A DNA stretch of 64,000 nt from Acidobacteria bacterium UBA2990 (GCA_002347025.1 DEAE01000032.1:27041-91040); one strand, 5' to 3'; positions 28,002 through 37,675 are shown, counted from the first letter of the stretch. The notes: generated by a model from the sequence alone, not told the origin. Numbers and translations: made by a program.

Positions 28002-29120
28002 ATGACGAGACTTCGTAGTTGGATGATTATGGGTTTACTGACCGTGATATCGGGTTGTGGGGAGTCGGAACCGCAGTTTGTGGGGACTGCTCATGTGCTC
28101 AGGGTCTTGGATCGGATTGAGGCACAGCAGACCGATGCTGCTGAGAGGCTTGCTGCGATCGAAGCCACTGTAGGTGAAAACCCTCCGATGGTCAGTGCTG
28201 AAGATTCTGAGTCTGGATCAGTGGCTGAACAAGCGCGTCCTATTGCGGTCGAGACTACGGTAGCCTTCACTGAAGGTCCCACTGTAGCAGAGGATGGCTC
28301 AGTGTATTTCACAGACCTCGGGAACAACAGGATAATGAGGTGGTCGACTGATGGTCAGCTCTCCACCTACCGTCAACCGAGCAACCGTGCGAATGGCTTG
28401 ATCTTCGATACTGAATGGCGCCTGCTAGCTTGCGAGGGGGGTGACGGAGACACGGGTCTGCCACGCATCACGCGCACTGATATGAACACGGGGGAGATCG
28501 AGGTGTTGGCCGATTCATACGAAGGCTTGGAGCTACACCAACCCAACGATCTTACTTTTGATGGTCAAGGTCGCATCTATTTCACGGACCGTCCTGGGCC
28601 GAACCCCAGACCTGAACAAACCGGAGTGCATGGAGTTTATCGCATTGATCCGGACGGAACGGTTGCTCGCATCCTGACTGAACCTGAAGTCATGCGGCCT
28701 AATGGAATCGTCATCTCTCCTGATGACAGCACGCTCTATGTGATCGAGACTGAGCAGAGTGAGGGCGGTCCCAGGTTGATTCTGGCTTATGACCTCAGCG
28801 CTGAGGGTAGTGTGAGCAATATGCGGGTCTTTCACGATTTCTATCCTGGGCGGAGTGGGGATGGAATGACGATCGACAGTGCCGGAAATTTGTACGTGGC
28901 GGCTGGGTTGAACCGAACTCGAGGGACGAGTGAGACACTCGACACAGTGGCTGGCATCCATGTGTTTTCGCCGGCAGGCGAGTTGCTTGAACATATTCCT
29001 ATTCCAGAGGATTCGATCACGAACGCAGCGTTCGGCGGCCCAGATCTTCGGACGCTGTATGTTACTGCCGGGAAGACTCTTTTTAGTGTCGGTGTGGACA
29101 CAGAGGGGACCAGGCGGTGA
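28002..29120 (+). CDS. SMP-30/gluconolactonase/LRE-like lipoprotein
   Basis: The ATG at 28002 follows GGGGGAGG. The lipobox is 'LLTVISGC'. Motifs 'FTEGPTVAEDGSVYFTDLGNNRIMRW' and 'PNGIVISPD' are present. Confidence 0.8.
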   Translation: MTRLRSWMIMGLLTVISGCGESEPQFVGTAHVLRVLDRIEAQQTDAAERLAAIEATVGENPPMVSAEDSESGSVAEQARPIAVETTVAFTEGPTVAEDGSVYFTDLGNNRIMRWSTDGQLSTYRQPSNRANGLIFDTEWRLLACEGGDGDTGLPRITRTDMNTGEIEVLADSYEGLELHQPNDLTFDGQGRIYFTDRPGPNPRPEQTGVHGVYRIDPDGTVARILTEPEVMRPNGIVISPDDSTLYVIETEQSEGGPRLILAYDLSAEGSVSNMRVFHDFYPGRSGDGMTIDSAGNLYVAAGLNRTRGTSETLDTVAGIHVFSPAGELLEHIPIPEDSITNAAFGGPDLRTLYVTAGKTLFSVGVDTEGTRR

Positions 29121-30250
29121 CCTCCTGTCGCCAGATTGCCGTAGGCATTGGCCTTGTGTTGTTAGGGCCTACTGTTCTGACGCAAGCAACAACTTGTATT
29201 GCCTCGGCGACAGAGCCGTCTGCAGCAGGGTCTCCGGTCTCGGCAGCGCGAGCTCTCGTGTCGGCTGACTTAGCTGAACGGGGATACCCAGGTGTTTCGG
29301 TTGCGGTGTCGGTCCACGGGGAGACGGTCTGGTCGGAGGGGTTCGGCTACGCAAATCTGGAACACCGTGTCCCGATGTGGCCTTCGACGAAGTTCAGGGT
29401 CGGCAGCATTTCGAAACCGATGACTGCGGCAGCTGTGGCTATGCTCGTGGAAGACGGTCGACTGGATTTGGATCTGCCAGTTCAATATTATGTGCCGTCA
29501 TTTCCGGTGAAGGAATACCCCATTACTACTAGGCATCTCGGTGGTCATCTTTCCGGTATCCGGCATTACCGCGGGAATGAAAACTTTATCAGAGATCCAT
29601 ATGCTTCGGTGCACGATGCTCTGTCGATTTTCAAGGATGACCAGCTGTTGCACGAACCTGGTACGGCGTACTCCTACACGAGTTTTGGTTTCAATTTGAT
29701 CAGTGCGGTCATAGAGGGTGCTGCTGGTCAGCCCTTCCTCGACTACCTGAATGATGCAGTGCTTGACCCGATCGGCATGCGTGACACTACTGCTGACTTC
29801 ATCACTAAGATCATTCCGCAAAGGACGAGCTACTACATGCGGGATGATGCTGGCAATGTGGTGAATGCGCCGTTCGTGAATAATAGCTACAAATGGGCTG
29901 GTGGAGGTCTACTGTCGACAACCGAGGATGTGCTGCGTTTCGCTAATGCGCATCTATCAGATAACTTCTTGTCCGATGCGGCTCTGGATCTATTGTTTAC
30001 CGAACAGAAGACGGTCGAGGGGAAGGGGGTTGGCTACGGATTTGGGTGGTCGATTCAGTCCGATGACGATGGCCGACTGCTTCTTGGGCATTCAGGTGGG
30101 TCAGTGGGCGGAACGTCCCTCATGCTAATTCAGCCTGATACTCGGGTTGTGATTGTCGGTCTGATCAATATGACTGGAGCCAAGAACCGCGTACTCAGAG
30201 AGGTTTTGCAGATTTTTGTAGAGGCCGTAGAAGCTTCGGACAGGTGGTAA
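29117..30250 (+). CDS. beta-lactamase-fold serine hydrolase (class C/esterase-like)
   Basis: The start overlaps the lactonase stop (GTGA). A signal peptide is present. The SxxK motif is 'FRVGSISKPMTAAA' and 'GHSGGSVGG' is also seen. Confidence 0.8.
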   Translation: MTSCRQIAVGIGLVLLGPTVLTQATTCIASATEPSAAGSPVSAARALVSADLAERGYPGVSVAVSVHGETVWSEGFGYANLEHRVPMWPSTKFRVGSISKPMTAAAVAMLVEDGRLDLDLPVQYYVPSFPVKEYPITTRHLGGHLSGIRHYRGNENFIRDPYASVHDALSIFKDDQLLHEPGTAYSYTSFGFNLISAVIEGAAGQPFLDYLNDAVLDPIGMRDTTADFITKIIPQRTSYYMRDDAGNVVNAPFVNNSYKWAGGGLLSTTEDVLRFANAHLSDNFLSDAALDLLFTEQKTVEGKGVGYGFGWSIQSDDDGRLLLGHSGGSVGGTSLMLIQPDTRVVIVGLINMTGAKNRVLREVLQIFVEAVEASDRW

Positions 30251-30717
30251 TGGCGTCCCCGGCAGATATAAGGTCCCAGGATTCGAGTCTTAAGGGGGCG
30301 GAAGCCGTGACTAGACCTCGCTACCAATTTTGGTGTTGGGAGTCGATAGACCGGCACCAAGGGACAGTCTACCTACGCCGGCTTAGGGTTGTGTCATGCC
30401 CATGGTTTGGTATCTATATTCACTGGTTTTACGCTAGTGATGACGATTCTCTGCACGATCACCCGTGGTCATTCCTGACTTTCCTCCTTAGAGGTGGCTA
30501 CTGGGAGCACACGCCTGGTCCGAAAGGCTCGGTACTTAAACGGTGGCATGCTCCCTGGACGGTTCGTTGGTGTCCAGCTCATTGGCTCCATCGGGTAGAG
30601 ATTGATCCCAACCACCGGCCGGTGACACTTGTGTTCAGAGGTGGGCAGATTCGACGATGGGGCTTCCAAACCCATACCGGATGGGTGCCTTGGCCTGAGT
30701 ACAAAGGACGCCGTTAG
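30250..30717 (+). CDS. conserved hypothetical protein with 'LHDHPW' motif
   Basis: The start overlaps the hydrolase stop (TAATG). The motif 'YIHWFYASDDDSLHDHPWSFLTFLLRGGYWEH...AHWLHRVE' resembles a widespread unnamed family. Confidence 0.5.
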   Translation: MASPADIRSQDSSLKGAEAVTRPRYQFWCWESIDRHQGTVYLRRLRVVSCPWFGIYIHWFYASDDDSLHDHPWSFLTFLLRGGYWEHTPGPKGSVLKRWHAPWTVRWCPAHWLHRVEIDPNHRPVTLVFRGGQIRRWGFQTHTGWVPWPEYKGRR

Positions 30718-30894
30718 AGGGATGTCTGTTCGTTAGGAATTGCAGGTGAGGCTTGTCTGATTATCTTTAACGTCAGTGAGCGTGTTTGGATTACAAGCCT
30801 GGTGGGTGTGAGTGGCGCCGGTGCTAAACCTTAGGGAGTGGGGTGGCTGGACCGGAGCAGAGCGGTGAATGGAATAAATCATGGGGGTGAGCAT

Positions 30895-31905
30895 ATGACT
30901 GGCTGGTGGAGCAGATTGGGAGTGCTGACGATAGGACTGCTCATGTCGGGAACCGGCATTGGACTGGGGCAGACCCTTGTGCCAGAAGGGTGGACCCCCC
31001 CTCGCACTGCTGATGGTCGTCCTGATCTGCAGGGGACCTGGGCCAATAATAGAGCGACACCACTGGAGCGTCCAGAACAGTTGGGAAATAAAGCTACTCT
31101 GACGGACGAAGAGTTAGCGGAGTTGACTGGACTCATTGCAACCTTTCGGAATTCGGAACAGGCGGGTGACCTGCTCGGTGACCGCTTGATTCAGCAGGCT
31201 CTTGGTAATGCCGAGTTCCAGGACTTCGACAATGTGACTGGGAATTACAATGCCTTCTGGCTTGTGGATAGGGAGCTCGACAATCGAACGTCGCTCATTA
31301 TCTTGCCTGAGAATGGTCGGCGACCGCCACTAAGTGAGGCGGCAAGGATGCGTGCTAAAGAGGCTGCCACGTCACGGGGAGGGCCATCCGATGGCCCAGA
31401 GGATCGGACACTGGGTGACCGATGCTTGCACTTTGCTATGCCCAATATGGGGTCTGGTTACAACAGTTACTTTCAACTATTCCAGACTCCCGATCAGGTG
31501 ACGATTATTCAGGAGATGGGACACTCCGTTCGGACCATTCCGCTTGATGGACGGCCTCACCTTGACGATCGTGTTGCGCAATGGGCCGGGAACGCGCGTG
31601 GGCGTTGGGACGGAGATACTTTGGTGGTTGAGACGAGGAATTTTGATGCCCGAAGTCGCTATAGTGGAGCTTCCGGGAGCCTTGTGCTTGTGGAGCGGTT
31701 TAGTCGTGTTGCTCCAACTGTGCTCAGACAGGAGATAACGCTCACTGATCAAGATACTTGGACTTCACCGTGGACGGTGGAATTGCTTCTAGATCAGAGC
31801 ACGGAGACTATCTTCGAGTACGCCTGTCATGAGGGCAACTACGCCATGCCTGGCATACTGGGTGGAGCGCGTGTGGAAGAACGGTCGACTACTGTTGTTC
31901 GATAG
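30895..31905 (+). CDS. secreted uncharacterised protein, 'PDLQGTW...YACHEGNY' family, copy 1
   Basis: ATG 30895 gives the signal 'MTGWWSRLGVLTIGLLMSGTGIGLGQ'. It shares ordered motifs with 32172..33140. Confidence 0.6.
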   Translation: MTGWWSRLGVLTIGLLMSGTGIGLGQTLVPEGWTPPRTADGRPDLQGTWANNRATPLERPEQLGNKATLTDEELAELTGLIATFRNSEQAGDLLGDRLIQQALGNAEFQDFDNVTGNYNAFWLVDRELDNRTSLIILPENGRRPPLSEAARMRAKEAATSRGGPSDGPEDRTLGDRCLHFAMPNMGSGYNSYFQLFQTPDQVTIIQEMGHSVRTIPLDGRPHLDDRVAQWAGNARGRWDGDTLVVETRNFDARSRYSGASGSLVLVERFSRVAPTVLRQEITLTDQDTWTSPWTVELLLDQSTETIFEYACHEGNYAMPGILGGARVEERSTTVVR

Positions 31906-31989
31906 AAGACGGAAAATGGTCAATTCATTCTAGTGGGTTGAGCCAGTGAGGAGCAGGCAGTTGAGCTGTTAGGGCTGTGGAGTTCAAGC

Positions 31990-32016
31990 GTCACCAGAAT
32001 GCTTCATTCTGGTGAC
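31990..32016. repeat. perfect 11-bp inverted repeat (hairpin) between convergent genes
   Basis: GTCACCAGAAT-gcttc-ATTCTGGTGAC, with no flanking T/A tract. Confidence 0.5.
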
Positions 32017-32171
32017 TGTGAGCCAGCCCTGGCAGTCTCCGAGTTGCGGTGCCATTTACCCCTATACCCTAAAGCCTTGAATATGCGGAGCTTATCCCAT
32101 GGATGGTCAGCAGTCGGCTTCTCCAGTCGCAGGGTATGGACTTTAGGGCTGGTTTCAGGCTCAAGTTTGGG

Positions 32172-33140
32172 TCATGGCTTGATCCGGAGCCGGTCTTCGG
32201 AGCGTGCCCCACTGAGTACGTTAGCGATGCTGTAATTGCCTTCGTGACAGGCGTACTCATACAACGGACCTTGGGTGACACCCCGGGCTGCCTGATTTGT
32301 AGTCAGCGGGATGCGGACGCTCCATGGTCTGGTGAATTTGGCTGGGTCCGTCAATGTGAATTCATATTCTAGTGTGTCGGTATTGATCCTAGTGAAACGT
32401 TCGACCAGTTCCATCGTTTGAGTTGGCATGCGCCACGTGGAAGCCCAACGGTCGTTGGTTTTATCGACAAAGTGTTTCGATTCGACGACCAAGGTGTTGC
32501 CTTCCCACCAGCCTTGGATATCACCGTTCCATTGGTGGATGCCGCTTCTGGGCTTGGGTACTAGCGGAATGATGCGTCGGTCACGGAACATCTCATGCAA
32601 GATGACTACATGATCCGGTGTCTGCAAAATCTGATGGTTGGGGTTGTAGCCCAACCAGAACATGGGTACTCCGTCAGTGAGGCACCGTTCTCCAGTATCT
32701 ACGTCCACCCAAGAGTTGCGGGCGCCACTTACACGATAGGCAATCTGTAGGCGTTCACGCTCCAACATTTCGTTGGTATAGGGAACGCGGCCTTCAGGAG
32801 GGTCTACGATCAATGCTGTGCGCCGGTCTGGTACGACTCTTGTGCCAGGGTCAAACCAGGCTTGGTTGTAAGTGCCAGGATCGCCTGGCCGGGGATCACG
32901 CTCGACGAAGCGATTATGGTCAGCGCGCTGTTCTAGTGTTGCAGCCTCTTCTTCAGTCAGAAATGTTTGCCCAGTTAGATGTGCCGGTCGCTCGAGCGGC
33001 GTGATGGTCGACCCAGTCCATGTGCCTTGAAGGTTGGGGTGGCCCCAAGGTGTTTGAGGAGGAACTTGTGCCGTGCCGGGTAGTGGCAACAAGCTGGCAA
33101 GGGTTATGGCTGCCACGAAGGCTCCCGTTCTGTTTGGCAT
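32172..33140 (-). CDS. secreted uncharacterised protein, 'PNLQGTW...YACHEGNY' family, copy 2
   Basis: The signal is 'AITLASLLPLPGTAQ'. Motifs TPLERP, ERCL, QTPD.V.I..EM, GNTLVVES, LVERFTR and YEYACHEGNY are shared with copy 1. Confidence 0.6.
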   Translation of the reverse strand: MPNRTGAFVAAITLASLLPLPGTAQVPPQTPWGHPNLQGTWTGSTITPLERPAHLTGQTFLTEEEAATLEQRADHNRFVERDPRPGDPGTYNQAWFDPGTRVVPDRRTALIVDPPEGRVPYTNEMLERERLQIAYRVSGARNSWVDVDTGERCLTDGVPMFWLGYNPNHQILQTPDHVVILHEMFRDRRIIPLVPKPRSGIHQWNGDIQGWWEGNTLVVESKHFVDKTNDRWASTWRMPTQTMELVERFTRINTDTLEYEFTLTDPAKFTRPWSVRIPLTTNQAARGVTQGPLYEYACHEGNYSIANVLSGARSEDRLRIKP

Positions 33141-33427
33141 CTGAGATATTCCTCCATTTACGTTACGGGTTTGCTCCGGTTGAGGCGCGAGTTGTTAGCC
33201 CTGCAGATGCTCTGCGACCAGGCCGCTAATAAGTGTAGTTTAGGGCAATGTGCTCTTGTGTTTCACTACTTTGTCTGTGACTACTAAACTTATCTATGCT
33301 CCGGGAAGAGGGTTCAGTGGAGTGTTTCGGGGTTTCAGGTTGTTACGAGATACGGGGCCAAAGGATAGGTGGTACCGATTCCGAGCGAGAGTTGGACACA
33401 AAGGCCGTAAGGAAGCGGCCTATTATG

Positions 33428-34069
33428 TCATCGCCTCTTAAAGAGAGTCTCTCGAGTCGCGCTTTTTCGCAACACTAGGTCGGTTACTTCTAACTTGTTG
33501 CACAATAGGTGAATGTCTCGTGTTGCTAGTACCTTCCGTTTTGTGGGTGTTGCAGGATATATCTGATGTCGTAGGGAATCCTCTGTGTCTAGGACGAAGC
33601 GTGTGTAATGAGCGACATTGGTTGGGACAGTGGAGAATAACCCATAAAGCATTCCGTTAGAACGGAGCAATTCGCTTAACTTCGTAGCGATGAGTCGACT
33701 GGTTGATGGATCTAGATAGTCGAAGAGATCCCAGCATAAGATCCCATCGCAAGAATTTGGTTGTTGCGGAAAGCGCGAGATCAGTCGTTCTGCAAGACTG
33801 GTCGTTAAGGTTATTTCTTGGTTGCGAGCATAAGTTTCTATGTCGGCAAATAAATCTTGTATGTAAAATTTACATGACAGGCGTTCGTTGAATAGACTGA
33901 TGTTCGATCCAATTACAGGTCCAAGATCGATCAAGACGGGCTGGTGCGGTCTATTGCTTACGGCAGATAAAAACTTTGGGATGATGCTAGATCGAGCTAT
34001 AGGCACACTCAGGTTAGGGGCCTGAGGCGTTTCTGCATTAACAGTTTTACTCGTGTTCCTCTTGAACAT
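33428..34069 (-). CDS. methyltransferase-fold-like hypothetical protein (degenerate motif I)
   Basis: 'VLIDLGPVIGSN' occupies the motif I position and 'CDGILCWDLFDYL' the motif II-like position. G+C is low (26/60 at 33481-33540). Confidence 0.45.
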   Translation of the reverse strand: MFKRNTSKTVNAETPQAPNLSVPIARSSIIPKFLSAVSNRPHQPVLIDLGPVIGSNISLFNERLSCKFYIQDLFADIETYARNQEITLTTSLAERLISRFPQQPNSCDGILCWDLFDYLDPSTSRLIATKLSELLRSNGMLYGLFSTVPTNVAHYTRFVLDTEDSLRHQIYPATPTKRKVLATRDIHLLCNKLEVTDLVLRKSATRETLFKRR

Positions 34070-34223
34070 CCTCGTTACACTACTAACTGTGATTCTATAA
34101 GTGGGCTCTTGTTCGAGTTACAGTCCTATCAATTCTAGCACTGGGAGTTTGGATCACTTTGAGCCGGTGTGGTGGTATTCCACTTGGTTGAGGGGATGTC
34201 AGGAGTGAATCGATCCTAATTTT

Positions 34224-36617
34224 TCATGGAAGGAACGATGTGGTGCCTGGGGCTGTACCGGCAATAAATGCTTCCTGTATCGCATCATTTGCTAATGGGT
34301 CAGTCACTTGACCTGTCATTGGGTCAATGGAGGCGAATACGATGTTTTCTGGTGAGGGGAAATCTTGGGATTCTTGACGGGATCCTATATGAGCACGCAT
34401 CAGATCTATCCAAATGGGAAGAGCTACTCTGGCTCCTTCTTCCCCGTCACCGAGTGTTACTTTCTCATCATAGCCCACCCAGACGCCAACTGTGATCTCT
34501 GGATCGAATCCAACAAACCAAGCGTCGGTATAGTCATCCATTGTACCGGTCTTGCCACCGAGGGGCCAGCCCAGTCTGCTGGCTCGAATACCGGTACCGC
34601 GTTTCACAACACCTTGCATTAAGCTGACCATAATGTAAGCCGTATCTGGGCGAATCGCGTTGCTGGGGACAGGGTAATTTTCTTCAAGGGCGTTACCCTC
34701 TCGGTCTAGGATGCGGTCGATTTGATACGGGGCCATGAGGATGCCTCGATTCGGGAACACCGCATATGCACTGGTTACCTCCTGCAGGGTCGCTTCTGCT
34801 GAGCCGAGTGCGACCGAGAGGAAGGGGGGAATTTCCGAGCTGAATCCTAGACGACGTGCGAAGTCGACCACCGTGTTAGGGCCCACCTCGTTCATCATCC
34901 AGACGGCTGGAACATTGCGTGATTTCTCTAAAGCTCGTCTAAGCGTGATTGGGCCTTCGTAGGTGTGGTCATAGTTGGTTGGTTCGTACCGGTCTTGTTC
35001 AGGGCCAACATCGTAACTAATAGGCTCATCACGTACGATTGAGGCTGCTGTATATCCTTGATCGACTGCAGCCGCGTACAGAACCCCCTTAAATAGTGAG
35101 CCGAGTTGCCGCTTGGCTTGCGTTGCGCGATTAAATTTGCTTCTGTCGAAACTGTAGCCGCCAACCATTGCGAGGATTCGGCCCGTCCGGTTTTCAATAG
35201 CCACCAGTGCGGCTTCAGCCAACGGTTCCTGCTCTAGGTCGGCCTCAGCAGTCGGATTCTCTAATGTAACCCCGTTAGCGTCGATGGTTTCGAGTTTGGT
35301 GATCTTTATTTCGATAAGGTCGCCAATCTTGACTAGCTGGTTGGCCGCTACGTTGCCGATGCCTCGAAAACCTTCAGTCAATCCTGACTGTAGGACGCGC
35401 AAACCCTTAGGTTTAACCCTGGCTGTGTGCTCTCCGAATCGGACTTGCATCGCCTCTTCGTCGACCTGGATCACGACCGCCGGCACGATATCACCAGTCT
35501 CCATGGCGAAAACCCACCTGCTGTGACCGAAGGTATCTAGAATGTCTGTAGTGTCACGAGTATCATCGCTGGCAGCTGCTTCGGTGAGTATGTTTCGTGT
35601 GGGAGTGCGGAATCCTCGCCGTTTGTCGTGAACCCTTAAACCGTTTTCAATAGCCTGGGTGGCGACTTCCTGTAGTTGGGCATCTAGAGTGGTGTGGACT
35701 GTTAGTCCTTCTTCATAGAGCCGAGCTACCCCGTACTCGTGCTCAAGGTGTTGCCGTATTTCTTCGATAAAGTAAGGGGCGACGGTGTTGCTGCGTTCCT
35801 TGCGCTCGGCCAAGATAATCGGTTCTTCCTTGGTGGTATCCGCTTCATCTTGGGTGAGATAACCTTCATCGGCCATTCTTTGCAAGGTGTAATTTCGCCG
35901 GCTGCGCGCTAGATCCATGTCAACGAGAGGGCTCTGTCTGGCGGGTAGTTGGATAATACCGGCAATGGTGGCGGCTTCGCCAAGGTTGAGGTCTTTAACC
36001 GATTTTCCGAAATATAGTCGCGACGCGGCCTCGACTCCATAGGCGCTGTGGACCGCCGTGCCGAGCCATATCTGGTTTGCGTAGAGTGTCAGAATCTCCC
36101 GTTTTGTGTAACGCTTTTCGATGTGCAGGGTGTAATACATCTCACGTAGTTTCCGCTGCCACGTCTTCTGCAGACCGAGACTTTCCCCGCGAAGTTTAAC
36201 GTTCCGTGCCAACTGCATGGTTATAGTGCTGGCTCCAGCTGCCGTCAGGTCTCCTTCTCGAATGTTCGATAAGACCGTCATAGCTATCCGAGGAATATTG
36301 AATCCGATATGTGTGAAGAAACCTCCGTCTTCCGCTGAGATAATGGCGTTGCGGAGTACTTCAGGAATGTCATCATAGGTGAGAATTACACGTCTCTCCG
36401 TGGCATACTCGCCGATAAGCTCGCCTCCTCGCGCGTGGATACGCGTGATTGTGCCTGGGGCATAGTCGTCTAAATCGGAGATAATCGATAAGTCTGGTGA
36501 GTAGGCGAAAAACACCCCAGCGCTGAGTCCTAACACCAAGGAGAATGCGATCCCACTCATTAGCCTCTTTGAGCGGATGAGTCCATGTCTGGAGTTTGCT
36601 GGCGTGTTTGGTGGCAT
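34224..36617 (-). CDS. mrcA: class A penicillin-binding protein 1A (glycosyltransferase + transpeptidase)
   Basis: Motifs seen: 'EDGGFFTH', 'GASTITMQLARN', an OB-like insert, 'GSLFK' (SxxK), 'KSRN', 'GGKTGT'. Confidence 0.9.
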   Translation of the reverse strand: MPPNTPANSRHGLIRSKRLMSGIAFSLVLGLSAGVFFAYSPDLSIISDLDDYAPGTITRIHARGGELIGEYATERRVILTYDDIPEVLRNAIISAEDGGFFTHIGFNIPRIAMTVLSNIREGDLTAAGASTITMQLARNVKLRGESLGLQKTWQRKLREMYYTLHIEKRYTKREILTLYANQIWLGTAVHSAYGVEAASRLYFGKSVKDLNLGEAATIAGIIQLPARQSPLVDMDLARSRRNYTLQRMADEGYLTQDEADTTKEEPIILAERKERSNTVAPYFIEEIRQHLEHEYGVARLYEEGLTVHTTLDAQLQEVATQAIENGLRVHDKRRGFRTPTRNILTEAAASDDTRDTTDILDTFGHSRWVFAMETGDIVPAVVIQVDEEAMQVRFGEHTARVKPKGLRVLQSGLTEGFRGIGNVAANQLVKIGDLIEIKITKLETIDANGVTLENPTAEADLEQEPLAEAALVAIENRTGRILAMVGGYSFDRSKFNRATQAKRQLGSLFKGVLYAAAVDQGYTAASIVRDEPISYDVGPEQDRYEPTNYDHTYEGPITLRRALEKSRNVPAVWMMNEVGPNTVVDFARRLGFSSEIPPFLSVALGSAEATLQEVTSAYAVFPNRGILMAPYQIDRILDREGNALEENYPVPSNAIRPDTAYIMVSLMQGVVKRGTGIRASRLGWPLGGKTGTMDDYTDAWFVGFDPEITVGVWVGYDEKVTLGDGEEGARVALPIWIDLMRAHIGSRQESQDFPSPENIVFASIDPMTGQVTDPLANDAIQEAFIAGTAPGTTSFLP

Positions 36618-36781
36618 CAACTTCTAATTTTACACTGTCTCAACTCTCGTTTCTTGTCTAGAAACCTCTTGCATTGCAGGAAATTATGGAAACAGGATGT
36701 TCATCCTAGGGAATTGCGTTCGGGTTAGGTCTAGCGATGAAACCGCAAAGGTGATCCTCGAGACTTCTAGTACGGCCGAAA

Positions 36782-37675
36782 CTATACCCGGCGAAGTACC
36801 AAAATTACGCCGGCAATCACAAACAGTGAAGCCATGAAGAATTTCGAATTGAGCGGCTCAGTTCCTGTCAATGCAGATACTCCTGTGGCGATGATCGGTT
36901 GGAAAAAAATGAAAAAGCCCACTATTGAGGATTCCATATGGCGCAGAGTGAATGCGGTGAGGGAATAGGTTGCCACCGTCGCTCCAATAATGGTGTAAGC
37001 CATGGCAGCCCAGACCCAGCCAGGCAAAGTAAGCCAGTCGACCAGTGGGATTCTCCATCCCACAAGAAGCAAAGTGCCTATAGTCCCAAAACCAAAGAGG
37101 ACTGCTGTCGCTGAGTATGGATGAATCCGCTGGTAAAGCGGTCTAGACATAACCAGGAAGCAACCAAAAGACAGAGCGTTGACGAGAGTGAAAAGGTTCC
37201 CGGTTTGCCACTCTGGCTTGAGTGGGCCAGTCAGCATAAAGCCAAGTCCAATGGCTGCTAAGATGATGCCGCAGCCGCGAACCAGACTTGGTCTCTCGAA
37301 TCGAAACAGCCAAGCGCAGACTAATGTGGTTACTGGGATGGTGAGGTTGATGAGGGATGAGTATCCCGGGGTCGTTAAACTGAGCCCGAACACGAAGCTA
37401 ATCTGATTCACGACTACCCCAAGAGTGGCCAAAGCCGCCAATGTCTTTAGGTCACGGAAGGTATTTGGAAAGGGAAGCCGTAGAAGATACGCCGAACTTA
37501 GGAGAATAAAAGTTGCACAGATTGCACGCACAGCAGCCCAGGCACCAGGGTCTAGGCCAGCGTCGAACGCAGGTTTGATAATAGGGTAGTGCAGCCCGAA
37601 CAGGATCTGTACGCCCAATAGCGCAACTATGGATAGATTACGTCGAGGTACAAGATCGAACCGTTTGACTCTCAT
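36782..37675 (-). CDS. EamA/DMT-family transporter
   Basis: Ten hydrophobic segments are arranged as two EamA-like halves. Confidence 0.8.
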   Translation of the reverse strand: MRVKRFDLVPRRNLSIVALLGVQILFGLHYPIIKPAFDAGLDPGAWAAVRAICATFILLSSAYLLRLPFPNTFRDLKTLAALATLGVVVNQISFVFGLSLTTPGYSSLINLTIPVTTLVCAWLFRFERPSLVRGCGIILAAIGLGFMLTGPLKPEWQTGNLFTLVNALSFGCFLVMSRPLYQRIHPYSATAVLFGFGTIGTLLLVGWRIPLVDWLTLPGWVWAAMAYTIIGATVATYSLTAFTLRHMESSIVGFFIFFQPIIATGVSALTGTEPLNSKFFMASLFVIAGVILVLRRV

